The notes under the pieces: model-generated | What the model was told of the DNA's origin: nothing | The model's database searches: none | What the model saw: the letters and a program-made list of their open reading frames with translations, nothing else | Part shown: positions 28,614 through 38,898 of the stretch, in pieces | Layout of the letters: the number at the start of each line of letters is the position of its first letter | How positions within the stretch are numbered: the stretch's first letter is position 1 | NCBI GenBank assembly: GCA_964428965.1 | Contig: CAYSAF010000004.1 | Span: forward strand, 1 to 59,749 | Origin: Candidatus Woesearchaeota archaeon | Lineage (GTDB): Archaea; Nanobdellota; Nanobdellia; SCGC-AAA011-G17; VGLX01 | Direction of reading: 5' to 3' | DNA length: 59,749 nt | Made by a program: the position numbers and the translations under genes

Positions 28614-29041
28614 TTTTTCTTCTTTTTCATGGCTTTTTTTATTTCTGCTGATTCCTTTTCAAATCCGAATTCCTGTCCTATGCTCCATATCTTGTATGCT
28701 GCTGCTACGAAAGTTAGGTATGCTAACGTGAGTAGCGTGTATTCCAGGTAGATGAGTATTGTTCCAGTACTTATCCTAATGAAGAATCTTTCTGCTGTCA
28801 GAGCTATAGAGAAGGCCACTACAAATATGAGGCATATTATGAAGTATGTGGGATATTCCCTCAAGGACGATCCAGGTGATAGCGATTTTCTTGCCCTGTA
28901 TGACCATATTATGGCCATTATGCCAAATGTTAGTGACAGTATTCCTGCTATGAGGTCTGCTTGTTTGACTATCCACATTATAGTTATCAAACCCAGAGAT
29001 ATTGCTGTTAGGCCTATTAGGTATTTTATTCCCTGATTCAT
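28610..29041 (-). CDS. Membrane protein (4 TM)
   Basis: Hydrophobic segments; start trimmed to MNQGIK, overlapping the upstream stop. Confidence 0.7.
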   Translation of the reverse strand: MNQGIKYLIGLTAISLGLITIMWIVKQADLIAGILSLTFGIMAIIWSYRARKSLSPGSSLREYPTYFIICLIFVVAFSIALTAERFFIRISTGTILIYLEYTLLTLAYLTFVAAAYKIWSIGQEFGFEKESAEIKKAMKKKKK

Positions 29042-29610
29042 TTTTTCCCACCTGCCAAGTCTATTATCACGTCGCAGAACTGGCTTAGTTCTTCTATCAG
29101 CTCTTTGTCTGTTTTTTTCAAAGATACTATTATTCCTTTTACTTTCCACACTCTCATCTTTCCTGCTAAGAAGTGTATGAATCTCGCTACTGTTTCCACC
29201 CTGTTGTACATCAGTAGGGTGCTTAACGAGTCAAAGAATAGGAATCTTTCTTTTCCTGGAAGTGCTCTTACTGCTTGGTCCATGGCGATCGATATGTCAC
29301 TCAGATTCTCTGGGTTTCCTATGAACAGGCAGTTTTTTGTTTTTTCTGTTTTGCCACCCGCCGTTTTTGTTACCGCATCTATGAAGATTATGAGCTTTGT
29401 ATCTATCTTTGTTTTTTCAAATTCTTTTTTCATAAACTCGAAGGGCTTGTTCAGAGTTACGTAGACTCCCGGTATATTCTCATCTTTTGTTAAATGTTTT
29501 ACGAGAACGAGGTTTGTTTTTTGGTAGTTGCCGGCATCCACCGTTGCCAGTGCTATGTAATCTTTTAAGTCTTTCACCCCTTTGTCAAATTCTTCCTCTA
29601 TTTTTCCCAT
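29038..29610 (-). CDS. Inactive RecA/KaiC-like domain protein
   Basis: YVTLNKP, IFIDA, FFDSLSTL, FIHFL; no Walker A. Confidence 0.65.
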   Translation of the reverse strand: MGKIEEEFDKGVKDLKDYIALATVDAGNYQKTNLVLVKHLTKDENIPGVYVTLNKPFEFMKKEFEKTKIDTKLIIFIDAVTKTAGGKTEKTKNCLFIGNPENLSDISIAMDQAVRALPGKERFLFFDSLSTLLMYNRVETVARFIHFLAGKMRVWKVKGIIVSLKKTDKELIEELSQFCDVIIDLAGGKK

Positions 29611-29699
29611 AAACCTAAAATATGTTTTAAACTATATAAGTTTTTTGGTAAAGTTTTTATAGTAGTACTTTTTATTTAATACATTAGAGGTGGTTTTTG

Positions 29700-30416
29700 A
29701 TGGAAAGGATTAATCTCGGCATTCCCGGTATGGAAGAAGTACTTAAGACTAACATTCTTGCTGATACTTCTGTTCTCGTTACTGGCTGTCCTGGTGCGGG
29801 TAAGAGTATTTTTGCTTTGCAGTTCATTTATGAAGGTGCGAGGAATAACATTCCTGGTTTGTTAATAACCTCTGAGCGGAGCGCTCCCTCCCTGAGGATG
29901 AGTGCTTCCAGTTTGGGTTTTGATCTTGATGGTTTTGAGAAGAAGGGTCTTATTACCATTGTTGAGCAGTCTATCACTAATGGTAAGATGATTTCTTTAG
30001 AAGCCCCTCTAACTTTATTAAGAAAGAAAAAAATTAAGAGGGTTGCCCTTGATTCGCTCACCTTGTTCAAGTTTGTTTATCAGCACGGTATGGAGTTCAG
30101 GAAGGGGGTTATTAGCTTCTTGAGGCAGATGAAGGAGGCCGGTGTTACCCTCCTCGTTACCTCTGAGAGGGATATTACAGATATAGACACCTTTTTATAC
30201 ACGTCCGAGGATTACTTGTTTGACGGCATGATCATACTGACGAAGATTAGGAAGGGCTCTTCGTTTGAAAGAGTTGTTCACGTTGCTAAGATGCGCGGTC
30301 AGGATCACTCTATAGATATCTACCCATTTGTGATTGCTAAGGGCGGCATTAAGGTTATGACCAAGGAGCTTCCGTTCTCCTTGATAGAGCAAGACGTGAT
30401 GAAAGGCAAAAAATGA
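29700..30416 (+). CDS. KaiC/RAD55-like ATPase
   Basis: GCPGAGKS Walker A, ALDSL Walker B, KMRG. Confidence 0.88.
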   Translation: MERINLGIPGMEEVLKTNILADTSVLVTGCPGAGKSIFALQFIYEGARNNIPGLLITSERSAPSLRMSASSLGFDLDGFEKKGLITIVEQSITNGKMISLEAPLTLLRKKKIKRVALDSLTLFKFVYQHGMEFRKGVISFLRQMKEAGVTLLVTSERDITDIDTFLYTSEDYLFDGMIILTKIRKGSSFERVVHVAKMRGQDHSIDIYPFVIAKGGIKVMTKELPFSLIEQDVMKGKK

Positions 30417-31111
30417 CTCCGCCTGTTAAGAGAATAACTACTGGTATCGTTGGATTTGATGATTTGGTTCAGGGAGGTTTTAAGCAGGGCAGCATCAACC
30501 TTGTTTCCGGAGGCCCTGGTTCTGGTAAGACGATTTTTGGTATTCAGTTCCTTGTTGAGGGTTTGAAGAACGGCGAGCCTGGAATTTATGTCACTTTTGA
30601 GGAGAAGAAGGATAAGCTTTACGAGGATATGCTTGGCTTTGGCTGGGACCTGGAGAAGTATGAGAAGGAGGGCAAATTTGCTTTTCTTGAATACACCCCT
30701 GAGCAGGTTAAGAAGGTCCTGATTGAGGGTGGGGGCACAATAGACACGCTTGTTTCTGATATGAAGGCTAAGCGTATGGTTATTGACTCGATAACCTCTT
30801 TCACCCTGTTGTATAAGGACGAGCTCGTCCAGAAAGAGTCATCCCTTGCTTTGTTTGAGTTGATTAACAAGTGGGGTTGCACCGCTGTTCTCACATCTCA
30901 GGAGGAGACTCCTGATGGCTCCACAATTACCGCTGCTCTCGAGTTCGAGGTTGACAGCATAATTCTTCTTTATCATCTTAGGAGGAAGGGTTCAAGGGTT
31001 AGGGCTATCGAGATTCTTAAGATGAGGGGTACAAAGCATCCTGAGAAGACTTTTGGTTTGGAGATTACGAATAAGGGTGTCAGGGTTCTGGATAAGGTTT
31101 GTGAGATATAA
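30413..31111 (+). CDS. KaiC/RAD55-like ATPase
   Basis: GGPGSGKT, VIDSIT, LKMRGT. Confidence 0.9.
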   Translation: MTPPVKRITTGIVGFDDLVQGGFKQGSINLVSGGPGSGKTIFGIQFLVEGLKNGEPGIYVTFEEKKDKLYEDMLGFGWDLEKYEKEGKFAFLEYTPEQVKKVLIEGGGTIDTLVSDMKAKRMVIDSITSFTLLYKDELVQKESSLALFELINKWGCTAVLTSQEETPDGSTITAALEFEVDSIILLYHLRRKGSRVRAIEILKMRGTKHPEKTFGLEITNKGVRVLDKVCEI

Positions 31112-31136
31112 AATAAAAAAAGAAGAAGTAAAAGGT

Positions 31137-31577
31137 TTATTCTACTTTCGTCACCAACGATCCAGTTACGTTGTGACCTAACGTGCTGCCACTTAGAGTG
31201 TAATCTAAGTCTATGTCAGCCTTCACTCTGGTTCCGCTTGATGGGAATGTGGAACAAGGTATCGTAAATGTTGCTGTTGCACCATCTACTATGCTGCCTG
31301 ACTGTGCTGTGCAACCACTTACTCCCGTACCAGTTAATGTTATGGTGTCGATGGCTACGTTGCTTCCCATACCGTTTCTTATTATTAGTGTTGCTCCAGC
31401 GCTTGTGGCTTTGTGTTCGTCACAACTTAGACCTGGAATGAGTGTACAGCTGCTTGGCAAGAACCTACTTGGGTTCAGCACTCCAAAGTAAGCTAGTGCT
31501 CCAATTGCAACTAGAACTACGAGAATAGCCCAACCATAGGTCATCAAAAATTCCATGGCTGCTTGTGCTTTCTTCAC
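31137..31577 (-). CDS. Type IV pilin (probable major pilin), class III signal peptide
   Basis: MKKAQ/AAMEFLMTYGWAILVVLV. Confidence 0.88.
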   Translation of the reverse strand: MKKAQAAMEFLMTYGWAILVVLVAIGALAYFGVLNPSRFLPSSCTLIPGLSCDEHKATSAGATLIIRNGMGSNVAIDTITLTGTGVSGCTAQSGSIVDGATATFTIPCSTFPSSGTRVKADIDLDYTLSGSTLGHNVTGSLVTKVE

Positions 31578-31676
31578 TTTCTATCGCCTCCTTTTTTTTA
31601 GTGTATGATTATCGATAAAATCTATGATTATTTCATTTATAAATTTAACTGTAAACTTTTAGCCACTTCGAAGTTG

Positions 31677-32630
31677 TTATAAGTCAAAGTATGGGTCATC
31701 TACTTGGTATTTTGTTCTATGGCCTGAATCTATCCTGAACCAGCTCTGCATCCCCTTTATGGGCACTCCCGATGTTGAGGACCAGTATTCATGGTCCACA
31801 ACGCTGTAATCGTAGACTGGTATTCCTTGTGAGCTGAGCTTTTCAAGGTTAACCATGCTTTCTATGCCGTTTTGCGATCCTGTCATTTTTCCTTCGAACC
31901 TCATCAGGAAGTCAGGTGCATCTGTGTTTTCTGTGTAGTACATCTTGGTTACATGATCCCTTAAGTTGTTCACATCCCAAACGCCTGGGCTCACTTGGTA
32001 TGTGTAGTTGCCTTCATACAGAGTTCTGTTTATCACGTTTGTGTATCTTCCGTAGGTGTTTACTATGTACAGCGGATCTTCAAATCCTTCTACGCTTATG
32101 ATTGATATTATCGTCGGTCTCCTGTTCCACGATGCCAGCCCTCTTATGTCTTCTGCTATCACTGTTGCATTCAGCTCTAGTTTTATGTGCCAGGGGTCTG
32201 TTTGGTAGACTGCTAGTTCAGGGTCTCTCACCTCCAGGTTTATGTTTAGGTTGTTTCCCTTCTCTCTTACGTTGGCCACCCATTCGTAGATGGTTGATCC
32301 GCTGACAAGCGCGTCTTGTGTTCCGTTTACTGTGCCGTTGAAAATTGCTTCTTGGAACGCTTCTTGTGTGCTGTTGATGTATGTGCCGTTGGATTTTAGC
32401 AGGTATTGGTTTAGTGCAAGCACACTTCTGAATCCTGTTATGTAGAGTGCTCTTTGTATGTCCTCTTCCACACCGTCTATGTATTGGTCCATGGTGTCTA
32501 TTCTTGTCCTGGTTAGGTCTATTTTTTCTTCTAGTTTTGTTTCTGTTTTTGTTTTCACGAAGAACAGAAATATGAGTATGAACATTATTGCCAACAGTGT
32601 GTAAAAAACCCCTTTTTTTCCTATTGCCAA
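31677..32630 (-). CDS. Minor pilin-like protein
   Basis: KKG/VFYTLLA class III-like signal followed by a hydrophobic helix. Confidence 0.75.
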   Translation of the reverse strand: MAIGKKGVFYTLLAIMFILIFLFFVKTKTETKLEEKIDLTRTRIDTMDQYIDGVEEDIQRALYITGFRSVLALNQYLLKSNGTYINSTQEAFQEAIFNGTVNGTQDALVSGSTIYEWVANVREKGNNLNINLEVRDPELAVYQTDPWHIKLELNATVIAEDIRGLASWNRRPTIISIISVEGFEDPLYIVNTYGRYTNVINRTLYEGNYTYQVSPGVWDVNNLRDHVTKMYYTENTDAPDFLMRFEGKMTGSQNGIESMVNLEKLSSQGIPVYDYSVVDHEYWSSTSGVPIKGMQSWFRIDSGHRTKYQVDDPYFDL

Positions 32631-35600
32631 GTTCTCACCTCTGCTATGGTTGGGCCCCAGAGGTATGGCACCCCTGGTATGGCTATTATTTCTAGTTGCA
32701 GGTCGTTCTTGTCTATGTTAACGTCGAGTAAGCTGTCTTGGTCGAAGTCCAACTGCCTGATTAGTTGTTCTACTGCGCTGTTTATAGAGTCTTGTTGTGC
32801 GCTTCCAGGGGTATAGACAGTTCCGTTGTGGTAGTACACACATAAGTTGCTGCCTGTGTAATTGCTTGGTATCTGTATACTTTCATTAGTTCCGTCTTCG
32901 AACTCAACATACCACGTGCACCCTTCTGCTTTTCCGTATATGTCTGAGTAGTTTATTGCTAAGTCCACCCCTACCTTGTAAATTACTTTGTTGTCTGGCG
33001 ATCCTCCTGTGTAGTTTTGGGGGCTTATCCCTGTGCTTATCCTTGCTGTGTTGTTTCCCTGTTGCACGTTTTGTACAGGCACTTGTATGAAGTAAGGGTC
33101 TCCTAGTATTGTGTAATCTTGGCCGTAGTCTGCAAGTTTGTATATTTCAGTTAAGTTGTTTAAGAGCAGGTAGTCAGTCCACATGTCTGATGAGTACGAC
33201 GTTACTTTTACGTCTAGCACGTTTACGTTTGGAGGTATTTCGAAAATTCCTTCGCTGATGTTGTTTCCGAACGGTGTGCTTTCTAGTGGCACTGGTATGT
33301 TTCCGAACTGGAGGGTGGTTGTTGGGTTATAACTTAGTTTTATGTATGAATCAGGGTATAGTATGCTTTCGGTAACGTTTCCAGTTATGTTCAGCCCTTG
33401 TTGTGCGAAGCTTATCACTACCATCTCCTGTGCTATCCTCTCGTATATATAAACGAGTTCTTCTGCGCTGTTGCTAGTGTAGAAGTGTGAGCAGTCGTCG
33501 CAGCATGCTGATTGGTTCAGCGTGTTTATTGCACTAGAACCTGCATTGCCGAATGCTACTGCATAGATGCTTATGTTGTAGAGGTTGTGTGCTTCGCATG
33601 CTTTTCTTATTGTTTCCTGTGAGGGTGTTTCCCAACCTGATACAGTTGTGCACGTTGATGATCCATAGTTGTGGCAGTCTGCTATCTTCGTGTTTGCTTC
33701 TCCGTCGCTCATTATCATCATGGATTTGAACCTATCGTAATATTCGTAATCATTCGCTGATATGGTGCTTATGTTAATATTCCTTACTATCCATGTTTTC
33801 TGGTTTCCTGTTCTGTTGCATCCGGCTGAAGTTCCCCCTGTCATCATCAGATCGTTTTCCCCGTTTTTTAGCCATATTACAGGTATGTCTATGGTAACGT
33901 TTTGCCATTGGTTCGTTCCTGACCATCTCTGGTAGTCGACTCTTCCTAGATAATAGTTGTTTACAAATATGCAGTTGTACAAGTTTGGTTCTACGTCCAT
34001 GGTTTCGAAATCCAATCTTGCAGACTTAACCTTGTTGTCTATTGCTAGGTTGAATTTGGGTATGCTTTCGTTGTAGAACCTTACTGCTATGTTGTCAAAC
34101 CTGAAGTACCCCCATTCGTCGGTTTTGTCTGATGTTGATTTTCCTCCTATGTCCAGGTAGTACCATCCTGCCCCTTCTATCCATGGTGTTATGTCTTGTA
34201 AGTATGTTCTGTTCATCTCTGTGTCTGGGTTGTCTACTGCGTCTATTTCATAATCCTGGTCTGATGTTGAGTGTCCTGTGTCGCTTTGGTTTCCGAACCA
34301 GTGGTAGCTTGAGTATGGGCTGTACCATCTGCCTTTTATCCAAACCTCGTCTCCTGTCTCGAATGGGTTGGTTGGGTTGGAGTACCATTCATAGTCAAAT
34401 GATACTTCTGCTCTTTTTCCGCTTGTTATGTTTTGGTATGCCTCATTCGATATGTAAATCTGTATTCCGTAAGCCCCTGATCGCTGAGCGTTTCCAGCAG
34501 CATAGATTTCTAGTTTTCCGTTTACAACGCCGTTGAAAGTCATGCTGCCTGTGTAATTGTATATCCCTGACTGCCAGTCCCACCCGTCGTCCCCTGCTCC
34601 AGGTCCGAATGTGTTTGCTGTGCTCTGCATTCCATTTGTGAAGTCTACGGGGTTGGGTTTATCTTGTTCTACTTCTGAGATGTTAATCGCGTTGTTGTCG
34701 TTAACGTATCTCAGATAAAAGCCTGCTTGTAAATAACCTTGGGCGTATGACGATTTTGATTCTATTGATGTGTTTGAGTGCCATAGTTCGATGGTTACGT
34801 CTTTGAAGTCCCAGTCATCCTGGCTTCCTGAGGTATCTTCACATCCATTTACGTTGCCGCCAGTTATTTTTACCGTATTTGTTCCGTTGCTTATCCTGTT
34901 TTGTTCTATGTCATATATGCATGTGTGCCATCCGTAAACCCCTACTTCGTTTGAGTCGCAGATTTGTCCTAAGTATTGATTGTTGAGGTAGACGCAGTCC
35001 TTGTAGCCGTAACTTACATCTACGTCTTTTCCGAATATCGTTATTCTTGATTTTACGAGTTTTTCTTTGTCTACTTCTAAGTTGAAGGTTTCTGTTACTG
35101 ATACAGATCCATCGTCCCCTAGGTGGTATTGAGTCGTGTTTACGGTTTCTGTTCTGCTAAGTCCATACGTTGTTTCTTTTTCCATCAGTAGGGTTGTTGC
35201 GTGATCAACACCGCAAGATATGCATGTCCACCCGCAGTCCTGCCATTGGTTGTTGTAGTTGTAATCATTTATCCTGTTCTGGATTGATGTGTTGTCTTCG
35301 CTGAAGAATTTCATGTCGCATACAGGGCTTGCTCTTTCCCCATAACCTATCAATCCTACCGTATTTCCTTTTGTTGACAGTATTGTGTTTACGAAGCTTT
35401 TGTCTGCGTCTACTGCCACGTCTTTCCTCGTGTTTTGGCATCCTGAGGACCACCAGTTGCAGTCTGGTCTTGTGCAGTTTGTCGATTGCACGTCACAGTC
35501 GCTCATGCTGCCTGTTCTGTCTGTTATTAGTGTTACGTCTGCTTTCCCCCCCTCCCCTGGCAGCAGCGTTAGGTTTCTTGTTCCTATCCTCAGCGGCACT

Positions 35601-36679
35601 GTTTTTTCGCTTAGTGCTGAGTAGTTTAAGCTTAGGTTTTCTATTAGTACGTTTACATCACCTAAATATCCGTCGCTTTCGTATACTGTTGTGTTGCCTA
35701 TGTTCACATACATAGTGTAGTTGTTGATGTAGTGAAGGTACAGCTTTATGTCTGTTAAATTCCCAGGAGTGTAAAATGATGTGTACAGGTTTATTATTCC
35801 CTGTATGCCGGGTAGCCATTCTTTTTGTATCATCTCTTGTTGTGTGAACGTCAGGTTTAGTTCTGAGGTTTCGTATGCTACTTTTATGTAGCCTCCTCCT
35901 ATGTAGTTTGAGAGGTTGTCTGTGAAGTTTATTTTTATGAGGTTTTCTCCTGTGACCAGGGAGGTTAAGCATGACGAGTTTAGGTACCAGCTTTCAGCTC
36001 TCATGGTTCCGTTTTGTTGTATGTTTAATCTGTCGCAGTATATGTCATTTATGTAGAGGTCGAAGTTGTTTCCAGCATCCAGCTCCATATAGGCATAGTG
36101 TATCGTTGTTGTTTCCGGCAACTCGATCTTTTGTGTTATTATTCCGTCTCCGACATAGCCCCCGAAGAATGAGTAGGTTGCGCTTGACTGGGCATTTAGC
36201 CCTGTTAAAAAAACTCTGGAAGCATAACCCGTAACGTCTTCTCCTTCTACTATGCCTGATATCATCCTTCTGTAGCTGGCCAGGTTTGTTGCTTCGCTCT
36301 GGTTAAGGTTGGATAGCAAGTCTCCTCCCATCGCTATCCCTATGTTGTATGTTTCTGGTATCAGCTCTTTTGTTATGTTTTCTGCTATGTTTTTTGCTAT
36401 GTCTGTGTTTCCTGTTGCCCAGAATTCTCCTATAAGCTCTAGTATTGTTGAGTTGTCATTTCTTACGCTTCCGTTGTTAATCAACTCTGTTATGTAATCG
36501 TTGTCTATTTCGTTCACTTTGATTGTTGAGAGTATCTTTGCAAGGTCTTCTGAGTAGGTGTTGAGCTGCTCTTTTTCTGGTTTTCCGACGTAAAGCAAAG
36601 GCATGACTACTAGCAGGGTTATTATTAGGCCCACTGCTATTAGTGCGTCGAATGTGAAGTAATATCCCTTCAATCCCAT
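32621..36679 (-). CDS. Large pilus-associated vWA-domain protein (adhesin-like), 1352 aa
   Basis: KG/YYFTFDAL class III-like signal; MIDAS-like DRTGSM; ...SDGEAN; IYAVAFG. Confidence 0.78.
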   Translation of the reverse strand: MGLKGYYFTFDALIAVGLIITLLVVMPLLYVGKPEKEQLNTYSEDLAKILSTIKVNEIDNDYITELINNGSVRNDNSTILELIGEFWATGNTDIAKNIAENITKELIPETYNIGIAMGGDLLSNLNQSEATNLASYRRMISGIVEGEDVTGYASRVFLTGLNAQSSATYSFFGGYVGDGIITQKIELPETTTIHYAYMELDAGNNFDLYINDIYCDRLNIQQNGTMRAESWYLNSSCLTSLVTGENLIKINFTDNLSNYIGGGYIKVAYETSELNLTFTQQEMIQKEWLPGIQGIINLYTSFYTPGNLTDIKLYLHYINNYTMYVNIGNTTVYESDGYLGDVNVLIENLSLNYSALSEKTVPLRIGTRNLTLLPGEGGKADVTLITDRTGSMSDCDVQSTNCTRPDCNWWSSGCQNTRKDVAVDADKSFVNTILSTKGNTVGLIGYGERASPVCDMKFFSEDNTSIQNRINDYNYNNQWQDCGWTCISCGVDHATTLLMEKETTYGLSRTETVNTTQYHLGDDGSVSVTETFNLEVDKEKLVKSRITIFGKDVDVSYGYKDCVYLNNQYLGQICDSNEVGVYGWHTCIYDIEQNRISNGTNTVKITGGNVNGCEDTSGSQDDWDFKDVTIELWHSNTSIESKSSYAQGYLQAGFYLRYVNDNNAINISEVEQDKPNPVDFTNGMQSTANTFGPGAGDDGWDWQSGIYNYTGSMTFNGVVNGKLEIYAAGNAQRSGAYGIQIYISNEAYQNITSGKRAEVSFDYEWYSNPTNPFETGDEVWIKGRWYSPYSSYHWFGNQSDTGHSTSDQDYEIDAVDNPDTEMNRTYLQDITPWIEGAGWYYLDIGGKSTSDKTDEWGYFRFDNIAVRFYNESIPKFNLAIDNKVKSARLDFETMDVEPNLYNCIFVNNYYLGRVDYQRWSGTNQWQNVTIDIPVIWLKNGENDLMMTGGTSAGCNRTGNQKTWIVRNINISTISANDYEYYDRFKSMMIMSDGEANTKIADCHNYGSSTCTTVSGWETPSQETIRKACEAHNLYNISIYAVAFGNAGSSAINTLNQSACCDDCSHFYTSNSAEELVYIYERIAQEMVVISFAQQGLNITGNVTESILYPDSYIKLSYNPTTTLQFGNIPVPLESTPFGNNISEGIFEIPPNVNVLDVKVTSYSSDMWTDYLLLNNLTEIYKLADYGQDYTILGDPYFIQVPVQNVQQGNNTARISTGISPQNYTGGSPDNKVIYKVGVDLAINYSDIYGKAEGCTWYVEFEDGTNESIQIPSNYTGSNLCVYYHNGTVYTPGSAQQDSINSAVEQLIRQLDFDQDSLLDVNIDKNDLQLEIIAIPGVPYLWGPTIAEVRTWQ

Positions 36680-37173
36680 ACGTAGAGCACCATCCTGTAT
36701 ATTTTTCTTTCAAAGAAGATGAATCTTGAAATGGTAACTATTTTGTTCGGGTCTTCTATCTCTTCTACGTTTGTCATGTTTATTCCGGGTTTGCCGTAGG
36801 TGCTCATGTTTGCTACTTGTTTGTTTTTGTCCAGGAAATAGAAGTAGTAGTTGTATTTTGTGTTGAACAGCCTTCTTGTTGTGTCATAATCCAGGGTTGT
36901 TAGTGTCTGTAGTTTCGAATTGTTGAGTCTGAAGTTTTCCTCTACTACCCCTATATGCTCTACGCTTGTCGAGTTCCAGTCAGCTGGATAGCCTTCTGAC
37001 ATGAGGAAGTTTGATATCATGTAAGCATCTCTTCTTACGCTTTCCACCTCTCCAAGGTCTATGGCTACTGTGTTTGAGTAGTATTGGTAGAATATTACCA
37101 GTGTTATTATGAACATCACAGTTCCGATTAAGAAGTCTACAGTCCAGGTTTGTGCTTTCTTATTGGTTGATAT
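36670..37173 (-). CDS. Minor pilin-like protein; probable non-canonical ATA start at 37173
   Basis: The frame extends upstream of the track's GTG to ISTNKKAQ/TWTVDFL (class III signal); in-frame TAA at 37174-37176. Confidence 0.65.
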   Translation of the reverse strand: MSTNKKAQTWTVDFLIGTVMFIITLVIFYQYYSNTVAIDLGEVESVRRDAYMISNFLMSEGYPADWNSTSVEHIGVVEENFRLNNSKLQTLTTLDYDTTRRLFNTKYNYYFYFLDKNKQVANMSTYGKPGINMTNVEEIEDPNKIVTISRFIFFERKIYRMVLYVWD

Positions 37174-37564
37174 TTAGCACACCCCCTGTTTTGTTTATCG
37201 TGTTAACCCCTTTTTCAAGCTCCCCCTCATAATCTGGTACTATCACGTTTGCTTCGTACTTCGTTGTTTTGAAGTAGAGCCTGTTGTTTTCCCTTGTTAT
37301 TTTGTACTCTTTTCCGTCGAGTTGTTCTGGTATTACAAATTCTCTGTAGTAGCCGTCTTTTACCACGCTCGCAGAATTCAGTTCGTTCTGCACCATTAAT
37401 GATATTCCTACCACTAGTTCTGTTTCTTTTTGGTTCCTGAGTTGTTCTGTGTGGTAGAGCATTATTATGAGCAGGCTTAGGAATGTGAAGAAAGCTATAC
37501 CTACAAGTATTATGAATTCCATAGCGACTTGGCCTTTTTTCAGCCTGTTATTTGGACGTAGCAT
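37160..37564 (-). CDS. Minor pilin-like protein
   Basis: LKKGQ/VAMEFIIL. Confidence 0.82.
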   Translation of the reverse strand: MLRPNNRLKKGQVAMEFIILVGIAFFTFLSLLIIMLYHTEQLRNQKETELVVGISLMVQNELNSASVVKDGYYREFVIPEQLDGKEYKITRENNRLYFKTTKYEANVIVPDYEGELEKGVNTINKTGGVLNINQ

Positions 37565-37965
37565 CCGGTGAAGTCTCCGCACTTGGCTTCCACAATTATT
37601 TTTTTGAGTCCTGGTGCTGGTGATATGCTTCCTGTTAGGTTTACTTTTGAACTATAGCTTATGTCTGTTGTTTTTCCGCCTGCCACCTTTACCTTGAAGT
37701 CTATTTCGTTGTTGTTTATGTTTATTGATTCGACGTGGTTGGGCATGTTTGCTTTTATCGTTGTTTTTGAAGGCTCTCCCAGGTAGTACACAGATTCTGA
37801 AGCTTCGATTATTTTTCTTGTTAAGTGGTCAATCTGGTTCGTTTCTACTTGGGTGGCCACCTGTCTCTGGTAGAATTGTGATATTATCAGCATGGTTAGT
37901 GCTATGAAAGTTACGAAACCTATTATCGCCATGAATTCTATAGAAACTTGCCCTCTTTTTTTCAT
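37540..37965 (-). CDS. Minor pilin-like protein
   Basis: MKKRGQ/VSIEFMAI. Confidence 0.82.
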   Translation of the reverse strand: MKKRGQVSIEFMAIIGFVTFIALTMLIISQFYQRQVATQVETNQIDHLTRKIIEASESVYYLGEPSKTTIKANMPNHVESININNNEIDFKVKVAGGKTTDISYSSKVNLTGSISPAPGLKKIIVEAKCGDFTGCYVQITG

Positions 37966-38087
37966 TGATTTCACCTAATCAAGCTTATTATTTAAAGCTA
38001 CTTAAAACATCCCTAAGTGGATTTGGATTTTTATCATTACTTAAGGAATACAATAATTAATATACGCTTAGTATTTTAATTTTTCTG

Positions 38088-38867
38088 ATGAAAAAGGGGT
38101 TGCTTTTTTTGGCTTTGGTGGTGTTGTCTTTTGAGGTTTGTGCTGATTGTACAATGCCCCACTCTTTTCTTCCTCCTGAGATTGCTTCCGGTTCTAGCAT
38201 AGTCATGGATGGTTATGAGTGGGTTGTTACAGAAAGCAGGGGGGACAACATACTCCATCGCGATATTAAAAGGAAGTATTTTGAGCATCATGACTCTGGT
38301 GCCTACCTTACCAATGATCAGGCTTTGAGGATTTCTGGTAATTTTTTTGAGCGTAACAGCCGTGTTCTGGGTACGCCCTACTCTATGCAGGTTACTGTTG
38401 CCGGTACCAGGTTACCTGCTGTCGTCACTTTTGTTGGAAATGAGCGTCAGTATTGTGATGGCATACCAGTGATTGGCACTGTTTCCGGCAGCCTTCAGAT
38501 CGGTGAGGGTGACGAGATCCAGATTTCTTCTCTCAGCATAGACTGGTATGTTGAGGCGAATACAGATCTCGTTCCGAGGTTATCTCTGGAGCAGATTATA
38601 GAACAGAACCCGGGTACTAATCCCAATTTGGCCTTGCTTCCTGACGGGGACGGTGATATGCGGCTTGTTTGGGAGCTCAACGATTCGAAAGGCACTCTGA
38701 TAGATGCTGATACTGGTAAGGAAGTTAAGCCTCCCTCTCCCTATGATAAGTATTACAGGTGGTTGTTTTTTTTAATTCCAGCATTGGTGGTGGGTGTTAC
38801 CGGTTATTTCATCCTGACTAGGGGTGATAAGAAGCAAATTGTTAAGAAGAAAATAAAAAAAGATTAA
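38088..38867 (+). CDS. Secreted, membrane-anchored hypothetical protein
   Basis: N-terminal signal peptide; C-terminal TM plus basic tail. Confidence 0.72.
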   Translation: MKKGLLFLALVVLSFEVCADCTMPHSFLPPEIASGSSIVMDGYEWVVTESRGDNILHRDIKRKYFEHHDSGAYLTNDQALRISGNFFERNSRVLGTPYSMQVTVAGTRLPAVVTFVGNERQYCDGIPVIGTVSGSLQIGEGDEIQISSLSIDWYVEANTDLVPRLSLEQIIEQNPGTNPNLALLPDGDGDMRLVWELNDSKGTLIDADTGKEVKPPSPYDKYYRWLFFLIPALVVGVTGYFILTRGDKKQIVKKKIKKD

Positions 38868-38898
38868 TAAAGGGGGATTAATACTAATATATGGTAAG

